From: a virus | Lineage: Duplodnaviria; Caudoviricetes | Direction: 5' to 3' (one strand) | Length of the DNA stretch: 53,742 bases | IMG/VR virus record: IMGVR_UViG_3300018757_000034 | Span: 1-53,742 of that record | Shown here: one piece after another, positions 18,077 through 25,996 of the stretch | Layout: each line of letters begins with the position of its first letter | Numbering within the stretch: position 1 is the stretch's first letter | Position numbers and translations under genes: made by a program | Notes under the pieces: model-generated | What the model saw: only the letters and a program-made list of their open reading frames with translations | The model's database searches: none | Told to the model about the DNA's origin: nothing

Positions 18077-18222
18077 TGTATTTCAAACACTCAACAAATA
18101 GGTTTAATGACCTGATCCCAAGGATTCATTTTCACGGATTGACAGGATTTATTCACCAATTCTTTTCTATAAAGTGGTAAAATATTTCGTGGTATGTCAC
18201 TTTTGTATTAGAGGAGAATGCT

Positions 18223-19887
18223 ATGAAAACTCTTGATGTTCAGGCGTTGCACAAAGCCATTGATCAAACGCTGGAACAATTAAAACATCAATCAGACGAA
18301 TTCGCCAAAGTCAAAAAAGCCGTAGAGGGTATTACATCACTTGATGATGCTTTACAGGGAAAAGGAGGAGACGCAATTCGTGCGTTTTATAAGGAATGTC
18401 ACACCCCTTTTCTACAGTTCTATGATACTTTCATAGAGGAATACAGTTCCACGCTAAAGAAAATGAAAAGCACGTTGAATTCCCTTGAACCAAACCACAA
18501 CGGATTTATATCGCAAACCTTCCTCGAACACGAGCTGGAACAAGGGGTGAATGCAGCCGACCGCACAACGAAGCGTTTGGTATCGAAAACAAATGCCACG
18601 ATCGCAAAAGTCAGCCACATTGTCGATTTGCCCGATTTGAATGACAGCGGTTTTCATGAACAGAATCAGAAAGCCTTAAAGGAAATCAATCAGACAATTG
18701 AAAAGCTACATGCTTTTGACCGCGAACAAACAAGCGCTCTTAAAACTGCTGAACAAGACCTTGAAACGATGCAAAAATACATCACAGAGCTTGAGAAAAT
18801 GTACACAGGCCCAAAAATCGAGATCACAAGCTATAAAAAAGGCTCAATTTTAAAACCGGATGAGAATACAAACATTAACGGTCCGGTCGGCGGTCTAAAA
18901 GGAGCGTTAGAAAATGCTGAGCCTTCTCCGATGGAAATCATGCTAAAAAAATTGTCCGATCAAGAAGCATCTGAAGTCGATTCACTTACCAAAGCAGACC
19001 ATTCTAAAAAGATTGATACAGGTATTCGCATCATCAAAGGCAAAGTATATAATATGAAGGGATACAAAAAGCTCGGTTCTGTCGATGTCACCGATGAAAT
19101 CGGTACAGGCAAGGACTTCGTCGGCGGTTCGTACATGCTTTATTCAAACGGTCAAATTGTCCGAAAATACATATCCGGCGGTGAAGTGAAATACGAACTT
19201 GTCAGTCGCATACCGGAAAGCAGAGTGAAGAAAAGCAACATTGAAAAAGCTCTTGATTGGGCTAAAGACACAGTTGGAGAATTGTCCGGTGGTTATGATG
19301 GTTATAGAGCGATAACAGGTGTTGACCCTGTGACTGGTGAAAAACTATCCGTCACTGACCGTATCCTGTCCGGTGTTTCTGTCATACCCGCTACTAAAGT
19401 AGTCAAGGTAGGAAAATATGTTTTCAAAGCGAATAAAGGTGCGAAGACGGCGAAAAGGGTTTCGACCAGTACTGCTAAAAGGCCAGGGGGATATCTCAAG
19501 GAAGATGTTGATGAACATGGCTATTTAAGCCCAGGGGTTAATCGTGCACCAGGTAACAAAAATATTGCTTCTGATAATCGGGTACAGTCTCACCACCCAA
19601 TACAAAATGAATGGGCGAAAAGATGGGCTAAAGAAGGTGGATTTGATTATAACGAAAAGAAAGCATCCGCAATACTTCTCCCGTCAAGCTCTGGCCTTTC
19701 ACACGCAAAAATCTCTTCGATGCAAAGAAAGCGAAGAAAAATTGAGGGATTTAATACTGACATACGTTATGAATTTAATGTGAGTTATAGGGAAATGATT
19801 GAAGCAGGTGTTGATCAAAAAGCTACCCGAAAAGCAATGAAGGATGCATATAAATATTTCGATGGTTTGGGAGGTTTTGTAAAGTGA
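18223..19887 (+). CDS. LXG polymorphic toxin (T7SS substrate, YqcG-like N-terminus) with putative HNH-type SHH nuclease tip
   Basis: LQGKGG LXG motif; pre-toxin TG segment GYDGYRAITGVDPVTGEKLS; C-terminal QSHHPIQ...H. Confidence 0.9.
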   Translation: MKTLDVQALHKAIDQTLEQLKHQSDEFAKVKKAVEGITSLDDALQGKGGDAIRAFYKECHTPFLQFYDTFIEEYSSTLKKMKSTLNSLEPNHNGFISQTFLEHELEQGVNAADRTTKRLVSKTNATIAKVSHIVDLPDLNDSGFHEQNQKALKEINQTIEKLHAFDREQTSALKTAEQDLETMQKYITELEKMYTGPKIEITSYKKGSILKPDENTNINGPVGGLKGALENAEPSPMEIMLKKLSDQEASEVDSLTKADHSKKIDTGIRIIKGKVYNMKGYKKLGSVDVTDEIGTGKDFVGGSYMLYSNGQIVRKYISGGEVKYELVSRIPESRVKKSNIEKALDWAKDTVGELSGGYDGYRAITGVDPVTGEKLSVTDRILSGVSVIPATKVVKVGKYVFKANKGAKTAKRVSTSTAKRPGGYLKEDVDEHGYLSPGVNRAPGNKNIASDNRVQSHHPIQNEWAKRWAKEGGFDYNEKKASAILLPSSSGLSHAKISSMQRKRRKIEGFNTDIRYEFNVSYREMIEAGVDQKATRKAMKDAYKYFDGLGGFVK

Positions 19888-20540
19888 TTGATTTATCAAT
19901 GGTTTCAGATTTGATAAAAAATATTCCAGCAAGTGAAAGTGAAATTCAAGAGTCAGAAGATATTCTACAAGCTAAATTACCAAATGTATATAAGGATTTA
20001 TTAAGAAATACAAATGGTTTTTCAATTGGTGGTGAGGTGGCTATTTATGGTACAGAAGATATTGTGGAAAGAAACGAGACATGGGAAGTAGATGAATATG
20101 CAAGAGGATATGTCGCTATTGGAGATGATGGCGGAGGTAATGTTTTCTTAATGTTTCAAAATGAAAAGGAAACAGAAGTATTGATTGTTGACTCTGGGGA
20201 TATGGATCCAAGCCATGCTACTGTAATCACTTCAGATTTTATTGAATGGGTGAATAGTGGTTGTATTATAAGGGAATCGGAACAGAAAACAATAAGTGAG
20301 CCACCTGATACATGCAATATAGTGTTAGCAAAGCCCCTTGATGGAGGATTGAAAGATTTAATAAAAATAAAGAATATATTAGGTATTGAGATTTCAACAG
20401 CGGATCTACTAAAGGGTTCAAAAAATCCCCCTTATTTATTAATGGAAAGATTCCCATATGGAAAGGCAAAGAAACTAATTGAAAAATTAGGACCCATTGG
20501 TACGGTGCTGAGATTAGAGCCGATTGTCAAAGATAACTAA
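19884..20540 (+). CDS. SMI1/KNR4-family immunity protein
   Basis: PASESEI..E..L..KLP..YK..L..TNG and IGDDGGGN motifs; coupled to the toxin. Confidence 0.9.
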   Translation: MIDLSMVSDLIKNIPASESEIQESEDILQAKLPNVYKDLLRNTNGFSIGGEVAIYGTEDIVERNETWEVDEYARGYVAIGDDGGGNVFLMFQNEKETEVLIVDSGDMDPSHATVITSDFIEWVNSGCIIRESEQKTISEPPDTCNIVLAKPLDGGLKDLIKIKNILGIEISTADLLKGSKNPPYLLMERFPYGKAKKLIEKLGPIGTVLRLEPIVKDN

Positions 20541-20577
20541 TATTAACGAATTAAAGAGAAATATTGCTGAAATCACC

Positions 20578-20613
20578 AAAACCTTGATTGGCTATTGCCT
20601 TTCAAGGTTTTTT
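20578..20613 (+). terminator. Terminator after the toxin-immunity pair
   Basis: AACCTTGA...TCAAGGTT plus T-run. Confidence 0.7.
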
Positions 20614-20623
20614 ATGTTCCAAT

Positions 20624-20690
20624 CCGAGAAAAATCCGACAAAAAGGGGGATAAAATGGGGGACTTTTTCTATTCCACTTTGTCATACGAT
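20624..20690 (+). promoter_or_regulatory. Putative ArpU-activated late promoter: four 11-bp-period repeats and -10 TACGAT
   Basis: ccgagaaaaat, ccgacaaaaag, ggggataaaat, gggggactttt; no canonical -35. Confidence 0.6.
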
Positions 20691-20720
20691 AGAGACAAGA
20701 AAAACGAACGTGAATATCGA

Positions 20721-20796
20721 GTCCAAGAAGGAGAGCCTGCGGACACTGATCTTTTGCACAAGGATGTTGTGCAGCTGATTGGTGGCCGCTTTTTTA
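20721..20796 (+). terminator. Conserved motif copy 2 overlapping an intrinsic terminator in the late leader
   Basis: GTCCAAGAAGGAGAGCCTGCGGACACT (26/27 identical to copy 1); stem GCGGACACTGATC/GATTGGTGGCCGC plus T6. Confidence 0.75.
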
Positions 20797-21077
20797 TTGG
20801 CCAGAATGGGAGACGCACCTTTCCCTTATCAAGTGTGAACTCGGATGTATCGAATGATGATGAAGGTCGTCAGCTTCACAGGAGGAGCGGCTGGAGTCTA
20901 TGCAGGATTGCGCGCGATAGTCACGGGGAACGCAAGCGGTGAGATCCCGTTTGCAAAGGAAGTCATTTTTATATGGCTCCCTATAATCTTTGCGTCCTCC
21001 TGGAGATTAGCCGGAGCCATTTTTAATTCAAAAAGCGAATAGCGCAAGGTGGTGTTTATTCGATAAGGAGAATGAGT

Positions 21078-21248
21078 ATGGAGTTGAAAGATGTTTTATC
21101 AGCGAACACGAAGCAACAGCTTAAAAAAGCGTTAAGCCCTTCAACGAAGGCAGATGAACCTTTAACGAGGCGAGATTGGGAAGAGATTATGGGAATCAGG
21201 AAAGACACTTACAAACGACTAGGCGGGCGCATTCGCCGAAAACAGTAG
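21078..21248 (+). CDS. Small basic hypothetical phage protein (56 aa), not in the ORF track
   Basis: RBS AAGGAG; MELKDVLS...RRDWEEIMGIRKDTYKRLGGRIRRKQ. Confidence 0.75.
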   Translation: MELKDVLSANTKQQLKKALSPSTKADEPLTRRDWEEIMGIRKDTYKRLGGRIRRKQ

Positions 21249-21315
21249 TAAGAAAGCTTTTCCCGGTAACGAATGCACCTAAATATTAAAAAAACACTTC
21301 CGATATATACAGGGG

Positions 21316-21816
21316 GTGATATTTATGAGAGATAGTAATGAAAAAATTGAGTTTGGTAAAATCAAAACCATAGAAATATATTTGCAACGATTTCAAAAGA
21401 ACCTACATAAAAAAAGCTTAGCTGATCAGATTGCATTTAAAGATGAAATCAAAAAACGTCATGATAAAAAGGAAATTCAAATGTTCCTGGGCAGGCTGGA
21501 AGATCAGATTGAAAATAAAAAAGCTTTAAATCACTTTACTACTGCTTTTTTTGCAATTCTATCTTTTGTTTTGGGAAGTACATTGAATTATGGTCTTAAA
21601 CTTGTGACTGAGGCAGATGCAGATGTTGCTCCTACAATTATCCTTTTGGTTTTTTATGCTGCCGTAGTAATTTGGTTTGTGCTATCAGGTTGGGAATCAA
21701 GGAACCTTAAAAAGCTGAGCCTTTATAAAAGGCTATTACAAGAGTGTTTAGATGAATCACCGGAAAAAAGACATTTTAGAAGAGTACAAAAAAGTACCAG
21801 ACACCTTACTAAATAA
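21316..21816 (+). CDS. Two-TM membrane protein (moron)
   Basis: Two hydrophobic helices; AT-rich; own terminator. Confidence 0.75.
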   Translation: MIFMRDSNEKIEFGKIKTIEIYLQRFQKNLHKKSLADQIAFKDEIKKRHDKKEIQMFLGRLEDQIENKKALNHFTTAFFAILSFVLGSTLNYGLKLVTEADADVAPTIILLVFYAAVVIWFVLSGWESRNLKKLSLYKRLLQECLDESPEKRHFRRVQKSTRHLTK

Positions 21817-21827
21817 GGTGTTTTTTT
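21801..21827 (+). terminator. Intrinsic terminator
   Basis: ACACCTTA-CTAAA-TAAGGTGT plus T-run. Confidence 0.8.
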
Positions 21828-21844
21828 ATTGGAGGCGATACATC

Positions 21845-22366
21845 ATGGATATTAGAACCATACCAGTAGAAAAGATTAACCCTGCCCCATATAATCCGCG
21901 CATTGATCTGCAGCAAGTTGATCCAGAATACGAAGCACTTAAACAGTCTATGACTCGTTTTGGTGCAGTCGAACCATTAGTCTGGAATGAAAGGACTGGC
22001 AACCTTGTAGGCGGCCACCAACGCTTTAAAATCCTCATGGAAGAAAATCCAAAGACACTCCTGGTTTCAGTTGTAAATCTGGATGAGGCTGAGGAAAAAG
22101 CGCTCAACCTGGCTTTAAATAAGATCAGCGGCGACTGGGATGATTACAAACTTGAACAGGTTTTAGAAGACCTGCAACACAATAATTTTGATCTATCCCT
22201 TACAGGCTTTTCAGAAAGTGAAATAGATGAAATCTTGGGAGATCTGGCTGAGCATGAAGGCAACGGAGGAAAAATCAATGACAGCCAGGAATTAGACCTG
22301 GATGATTATGAAGATGATCATTTCCAACATACTTGCCCGAAATGCGGATTTTCATTTAACGAATAG
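21845..22366 (+). CDS. ParB/sulfiredoxin-like protein with C-terminal CPKCG
   Basis: PAPYNPR, LVGGHQR, LNKISGDWD motifs; ATG after GGAGG. Confidence 0.88.
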   Translation: MDIRTIPVEKINPAPYNPRIDLQQVDPEYEALKQSMTRFGAVEPLVWNERTGNLVGGHQRFKILMEENPKTLLVSVVNLDEAEEKALNLALNKISGDWDDYKLEQVLEDLQHNNFDLSLTGFSESEIDEILGDLAEHEGNGGKINDSQELDLDDYEDDHFQHTCPKCGFSFNE

Positions 22367-22374
22367 GTGATTAC

Positions 22375-23403
22375 ATGGAAAAGAAAGAATACCGTTGGAA
22401 GTTGGCCGATTTAAAAAACATCAAGAAAAATGGCCTTAAAGTATTCAGTACATTCTCTTGCGGCGGAGGTTCCTCTATGGGCTATAAGCTCGCCGGCTAC
22501 GATCTTTTGGGGAACTGTGAGATCGATCCGCAAATGATGAAGATTTACAGGAAGAATCATAACCCGAAATATCCTTTTCTTATGGACATCAGAGACTTTA
22601 ACAAAATGGAAAATCTGCCTGATGAATTGTTCGATTTAGATATTTTTGATGGTTCCCCGCCCTGCAGCGTGTTTTCTATTGCGGGGGATCGGGAAAAGGC
22701 TTGGGGAAAAGAAAAAGCCTTTCGTGAAGGACAGGCCAAACAGTCACTTGATGATCTATTTTTTCATTACCTTGATGCTGTTGAAAGGCTGAGGCCCAAA
22801 ATCTTTGTGGCCGAGAATGTAAAAGGTATGGTGAGCGGAAACGCTAAAGGATATGTAAAGCTCGTAATTGAACGGGCAAAAGAAATAGGATACGATGTTC
22901 AGCTGTTCTTGCTGAATGCTGCCACAATGGGAGTCCCGCAACGTAGAGAGCGGGTCTTTTTTATTGGCCGAAGGAAGGACTTGAATTTACTGCCACTTAA
23001 ATTGTCCTTCAATGAGCCACCGATTGTATATAAAGAATTCAGAAGCGGCCATGGTGCAAGGCTTAAAGAAACATCAAAGCTTTATAAAAGATGGGTGAAG
23101 CGACGGCCGCCGGATAATAATGTGGGAGACATCACGAAAAGGATTGAAGGGAAAGAATCTAATTTCAATACGATTTTAGTGAAAAATAGCCTTGTCCCGC
23201 CTACTCTCGCAAGTGGTTCGGTCTTTGTCCGTTATGATGAGCCCTACTATATCTCTGAACGAGATATCATTTTGATGCAATCTTTCCCACTGGATTATGA
23301 TTTTATGGACGCATCTGTTCAATATGTTTGTGGGATGAGTGTTCCTCCGGTCATGATGAAAAAAATATCGGAACAGATTTACAAACAGTGGTTTGAAAAA
23401 TAA
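22375..23403 (+). CDS. Orphan DNA (cytosine-5) methyltransferase
   Basis: Motif I FSCGGG, IV GSPPC, VI ENV, VIII QRRERVF, X GMSVPP. Confidence 0.95.
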   Translation: MEKKEYRWKLADLKNIKKNGLKVFSTFSCGGGSSMGYKLAGYDLLGNCEIDPQMMKIYRKNHNPKYPFLMDIRDFNKMENLPDELFDLDIFDGSPPCSVFSIAGDREKAWGKEKAFREGQAKQSLDDLFFHYLDAVERLRPKIFVAENVKGMVSGNAKGYVKLVIERAKEIGYDVQLFLLNAATMGVPQRRERVFFIGRRKDLNLLPLKLSFNEPPIVYKEFRSGHGARLKETSKLYKRWVKRRPPDNNVGDITKRIEGKESNFNTILVKNSLVPPTLASGSVFVRYDEPYYISERDIILMQSFPLDYDFMDASVQYVCGMSVPPVMMKKISEQIYKQWFEK

Positions 23404-23502
23404 AAAAGAGGGTGCTGACAACACCCTCCCTCAACCAAGGCCATCAGCCTGGTAAGAGCGTGATAAAGACGCGGCCGCGTTTCGTGGGAAAATCACGCTC
23501 TC
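23402..23502 (-). ncRNA. Candidate antisense sRNA 4 (~100 nt)
   Basis: Minus-strand TTGCCA(23537-23532)-17-TAGAAT(23514-23509); 10-bp stem AGAGCGTGAT/ATCACGCTCT; terminator GAGGGTG...CACCCTC plus U6. Confidence 0.65.
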
Positions 23503-23530
23503 ATCTCTATTCTATTGGAGGACCAGGCAA

Positions 23531-23779
23531 ATGGCAACAGAAAATACAAACATACGTTCTTACGACGATGAAGAAAAAGAAGAACTGCTTCTCCTTCATA
23601 GTGCTGAATTACTTGAAAACATCAGTCAATCTAAAGAGAAATACCGGAAAATTATTCAGGCGGGTATCACCCAATGGGTCAAAGATTTTCAAAGCGGCCA
23701 TATTAAGGTGAACACTGTTGAAGATTTAAAAAAGCTCATCGAGCTCGATATACAGCTTCAGAAAGATGAAGAAATTTAA
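23531..23779 (+). CDS. Hypothetical phage protein
   Basis: RBS GGAGG, 82 aa. Confidence 0.75.
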   Translation: MATENTNIRSYDDEEKEELLLLHSAELLENISQSKEKYRKIIQAGITQWVKDFQSGHIKVNTVEDLKKLIELDIQLQKDEEI

Positions 23780-23825
23780 AAACAAACTCAAACTCAATTC
23801 AGGTTGCGGAGGTGGGTGAAATGTA

Positions 23826-24695
23826 ATGGCGAGACCGCGTGATCCAAGACGTGACGAAGCGTTCCGTTTATGGAAAGAAAGCAGCGGAACCAAGAAATTA
23901 AAAGACATCGCGGATGAATTGGGCGTCTCAAGCAGCACCGTCCGCAAGTGGAAAGCAACAGATAAATGGGAAGATGAATTCAAAAGGAGCGCTCCTAAAC
24001 CGAATGGGAGCGCTCCTTTTCGTCCCGGCGCTCCAAAAGGGAATAAAAACGCCAAAGGAAACAAGGGCGGAAATGTACCGCCTGGAAACCAAAATGCTAA
24101 AGGGAATAGGGGCGGTGCTGCACCAAAAGGGAATAAAAATTCTGTCCGTACCGGTGAATATGAAACAATCATGTGGGATTTTTTAACCGAGGATGAGCGA
24201 CAGCTGTTCGGGGAAATCGAAACGGACCCGCTCTTTCAAATTGATCTAACCATCAGGGAGTTAAACCTTCGGGAGCGGAGAATGATGCAGCGGATCAGCC
24301 GGATAGAAAGCGGCCTATCTGAAAAACAGCGCCGCGTGCTGCAACAAATGCGCAAGGTCAAGGACATCGTTCAAACCCCGGATAAGAATGGACTAGTCAA
24401 GCCCGTCCCGGTTATGAATGAGCGTCTTGTCGTGACTGAAATTGAGGAAACCGAGATGCGGGCTATTGATGATATTTTGAATATCGAGGAGGCACTCACC
24501 CGGGTAACGGATAAGCGGCTGAAGGCCATTCGTCAGAAATACGATATGATCCGCTTAATGGATGAACATGAATTGAAGCTCCGCGGTATCTATCTTTCAA
24601 ATGAGACAAAACAAGTTGAGCTTGAACGCTTGACTGCCCGCCCTGTGGACAATTCTGTGAATATCACAATTACTCGTAAGGGTGACGGCAAATGA
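23826..24695 (+). CDS. Terminase small subunit (YqaS/XtmA-like)
   Basis: N-terminal [12 protein letters not shown] repeats, upstream of TerL. Confidence 0.93.
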   Translation: MARPRDPRRDEAFRLWKESSGTKKLKDIADELGVSSSTVRKWKATDKWEDEFKRSAPKPNGSAPFRPGAPKGNKNAKGNKGGNVPPGNQNAKGNRGGAAPKGNKNSVRTGEYETIMWDFLTEDERQLFGEIETDPLFQIDLTIRELNLRERRMMQRISRIESGLSEKQRRVLQQMRKVKDIVQTPDKNGLVKPVPVMNERLVVTEIEETEMRAIDDILNIEEALTRVTDKRLKAIRQKYDMIRLMDEHELKLRGIYLSNETKQVELERLTARPVDNSVNITITRKGDGK

Positions 24696-25993
24696 CGGTA
24701 AAAGAAAAAGAAGTCAATCCGCATTTTGAAGACTTTCTCTTTGACTGGAATCAAAAATTTCAGCTGCTCGTCGGCGGTTACGGATCATCCAAAAGCTATC
24801 ACATCGCTCTCAAGCTCATTTTGAAGCTTCTTGAAGAAAAACGAACAGTATTAGTCATTCGTGAAGTGTACGACACTCACCGGGATTCTACATTCTCTCT
24901 TTTTGAAGAGATCATCAATGATTTAGAGATTGATCATATTGTGAGGTGTATGACATCCCCGATGCAGGTCAGGTTTCCAAATGGCAGCCGGATCATATTC
25001 AAGGGGCTGGACAAACCGGCCAAACTGAAATCGATCAATAACATCTCGATCATTTGGATTGAGGAATGTTCAGAGGTCAAGTATGAAGGCTTTAAAGAGC
25101 TTCTCGGCCGTCTGCGGCATCCTACGCTGCCGCTTCATATGATTTTTTCCACGAACCCGGTCGGGGAAGACAACTGGACGTATAAGCATTTCTTTAAAGA
25201 CGATCTGAATAATCGATTTGTCCTGGATGATAAAGAGCTTTATGAAAAGCGAACGATCGTTTTAAATGACACATACTATCATCATTCCACGGCGGAAGAT
25301 AATTTGTTTCTACCAGAAAGCTATGTAAGGCAGCTGGATGAACTGAAAGAATACGATCCAGACCTTTACCGCATCGCCAGGAAAGGTCATTTTGGTGTGA
25401 ATGGGGTTCGGGTTTTTCCTCAGTTTGAAGAGTGGCCACACGATGAAGTTATGCAAGCCATCTCGAACATTGACCGTCCCATCAAGCGGGTAGGCATGGA
25501 CTTTGGTTTTGAAGAATCCTATAACGCTGTAGTCCGGCTTGCGGTGGATCATAAGAAAAAGCACCTCTATATCTATTGGGAGTATTACAAAAGAGGAATG
25601 ACGGATGACCTGACGGCAGAGGAGCTCCAAGAATTCAAGAACACCCAGGAGCTGATCAAAGCTGATTCAGCGGAGCCTAAAACGATTCAATATTTCCGGC
25701 AGCAGGGTTTCAATATGGTGGGAGCGCATAAGTACCAGGGTTCGCGCCTGCAGTATACGAAAAAGATCAAGCGGTTTAAAAAAATCATTTGTTCTGATCA
25801 ATGTCAAAACACTATTTTTGAACTCAAGCCGCTGACCTATAAAAAGGACAAGCTGGGTAACATCATTGAAGATGAATTCAAGATCGACCCCCACACTCTT
25901 TCGGCCATCTGGTACGCCCTCGATGATTACGAGGTCACCGATCTGAAGGAGAAACCGAAAATCCGGCCGCGGCCAAATAGAGAGAGGAGGTAA
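24692..25993 (+). CDS. xtmB: PBSX-family terminase large subunit
   Basis: GGYGSSKS Walker A, WIEE Walker B, GMDFG nuclease motif. Confidence 0.95.
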   Translation: MTVKEKEVNPHFEDFLFDWNQKFQLLVGGYGSSKSYHIALKLILKLLEEKRTVLVIREVYDTHRDSTFSLFEEIINDLEIDHIVRCMTSPMQVRFPNGSRIIFKGLDKPAKLKSINNISIIWIEECSEVKYEGFKELLGRLRHPTLPLHMIFSTNPVGEDNWTYKHFFKDDLNNRFVLDDKELYEKRTIVLNDTYYHHSTAEDNLFLPESYVRQLDELKEYDPDLYRIARKGHFGVNGVRVFPQFEEWPHDEVMQAISNIDRPIKRVGMDFGFEESYNAVVRLAVDHKKKHLYIYWEYYKRGMTDDLTAEELQEFKNTQELIKADSAEPKTIQYFRQQGFNMVGAHKYQGSRLQYTKKIKRFKKIICSDQCQNTIFELKPLTYKKDKLGNIIEDEFKIDPHTLSAIWYALDDYEVTDLKEKPKIRPRPNRERR

Positions 25994-25996
25994 AGC

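Noticed and set aside
20524-21042. ORFs 20524..20778, 20595..20942 and 20845..21042 as genes
   Set aside because: No convincing RBS; they run across a terminator, promoter repeats and hairpins. The last cannot be fully excluded.
23412-23711. 99-aa ORF
   Set aside because: Overlaps the better supported 82-aa gene and the sRNA; no recognisable features.
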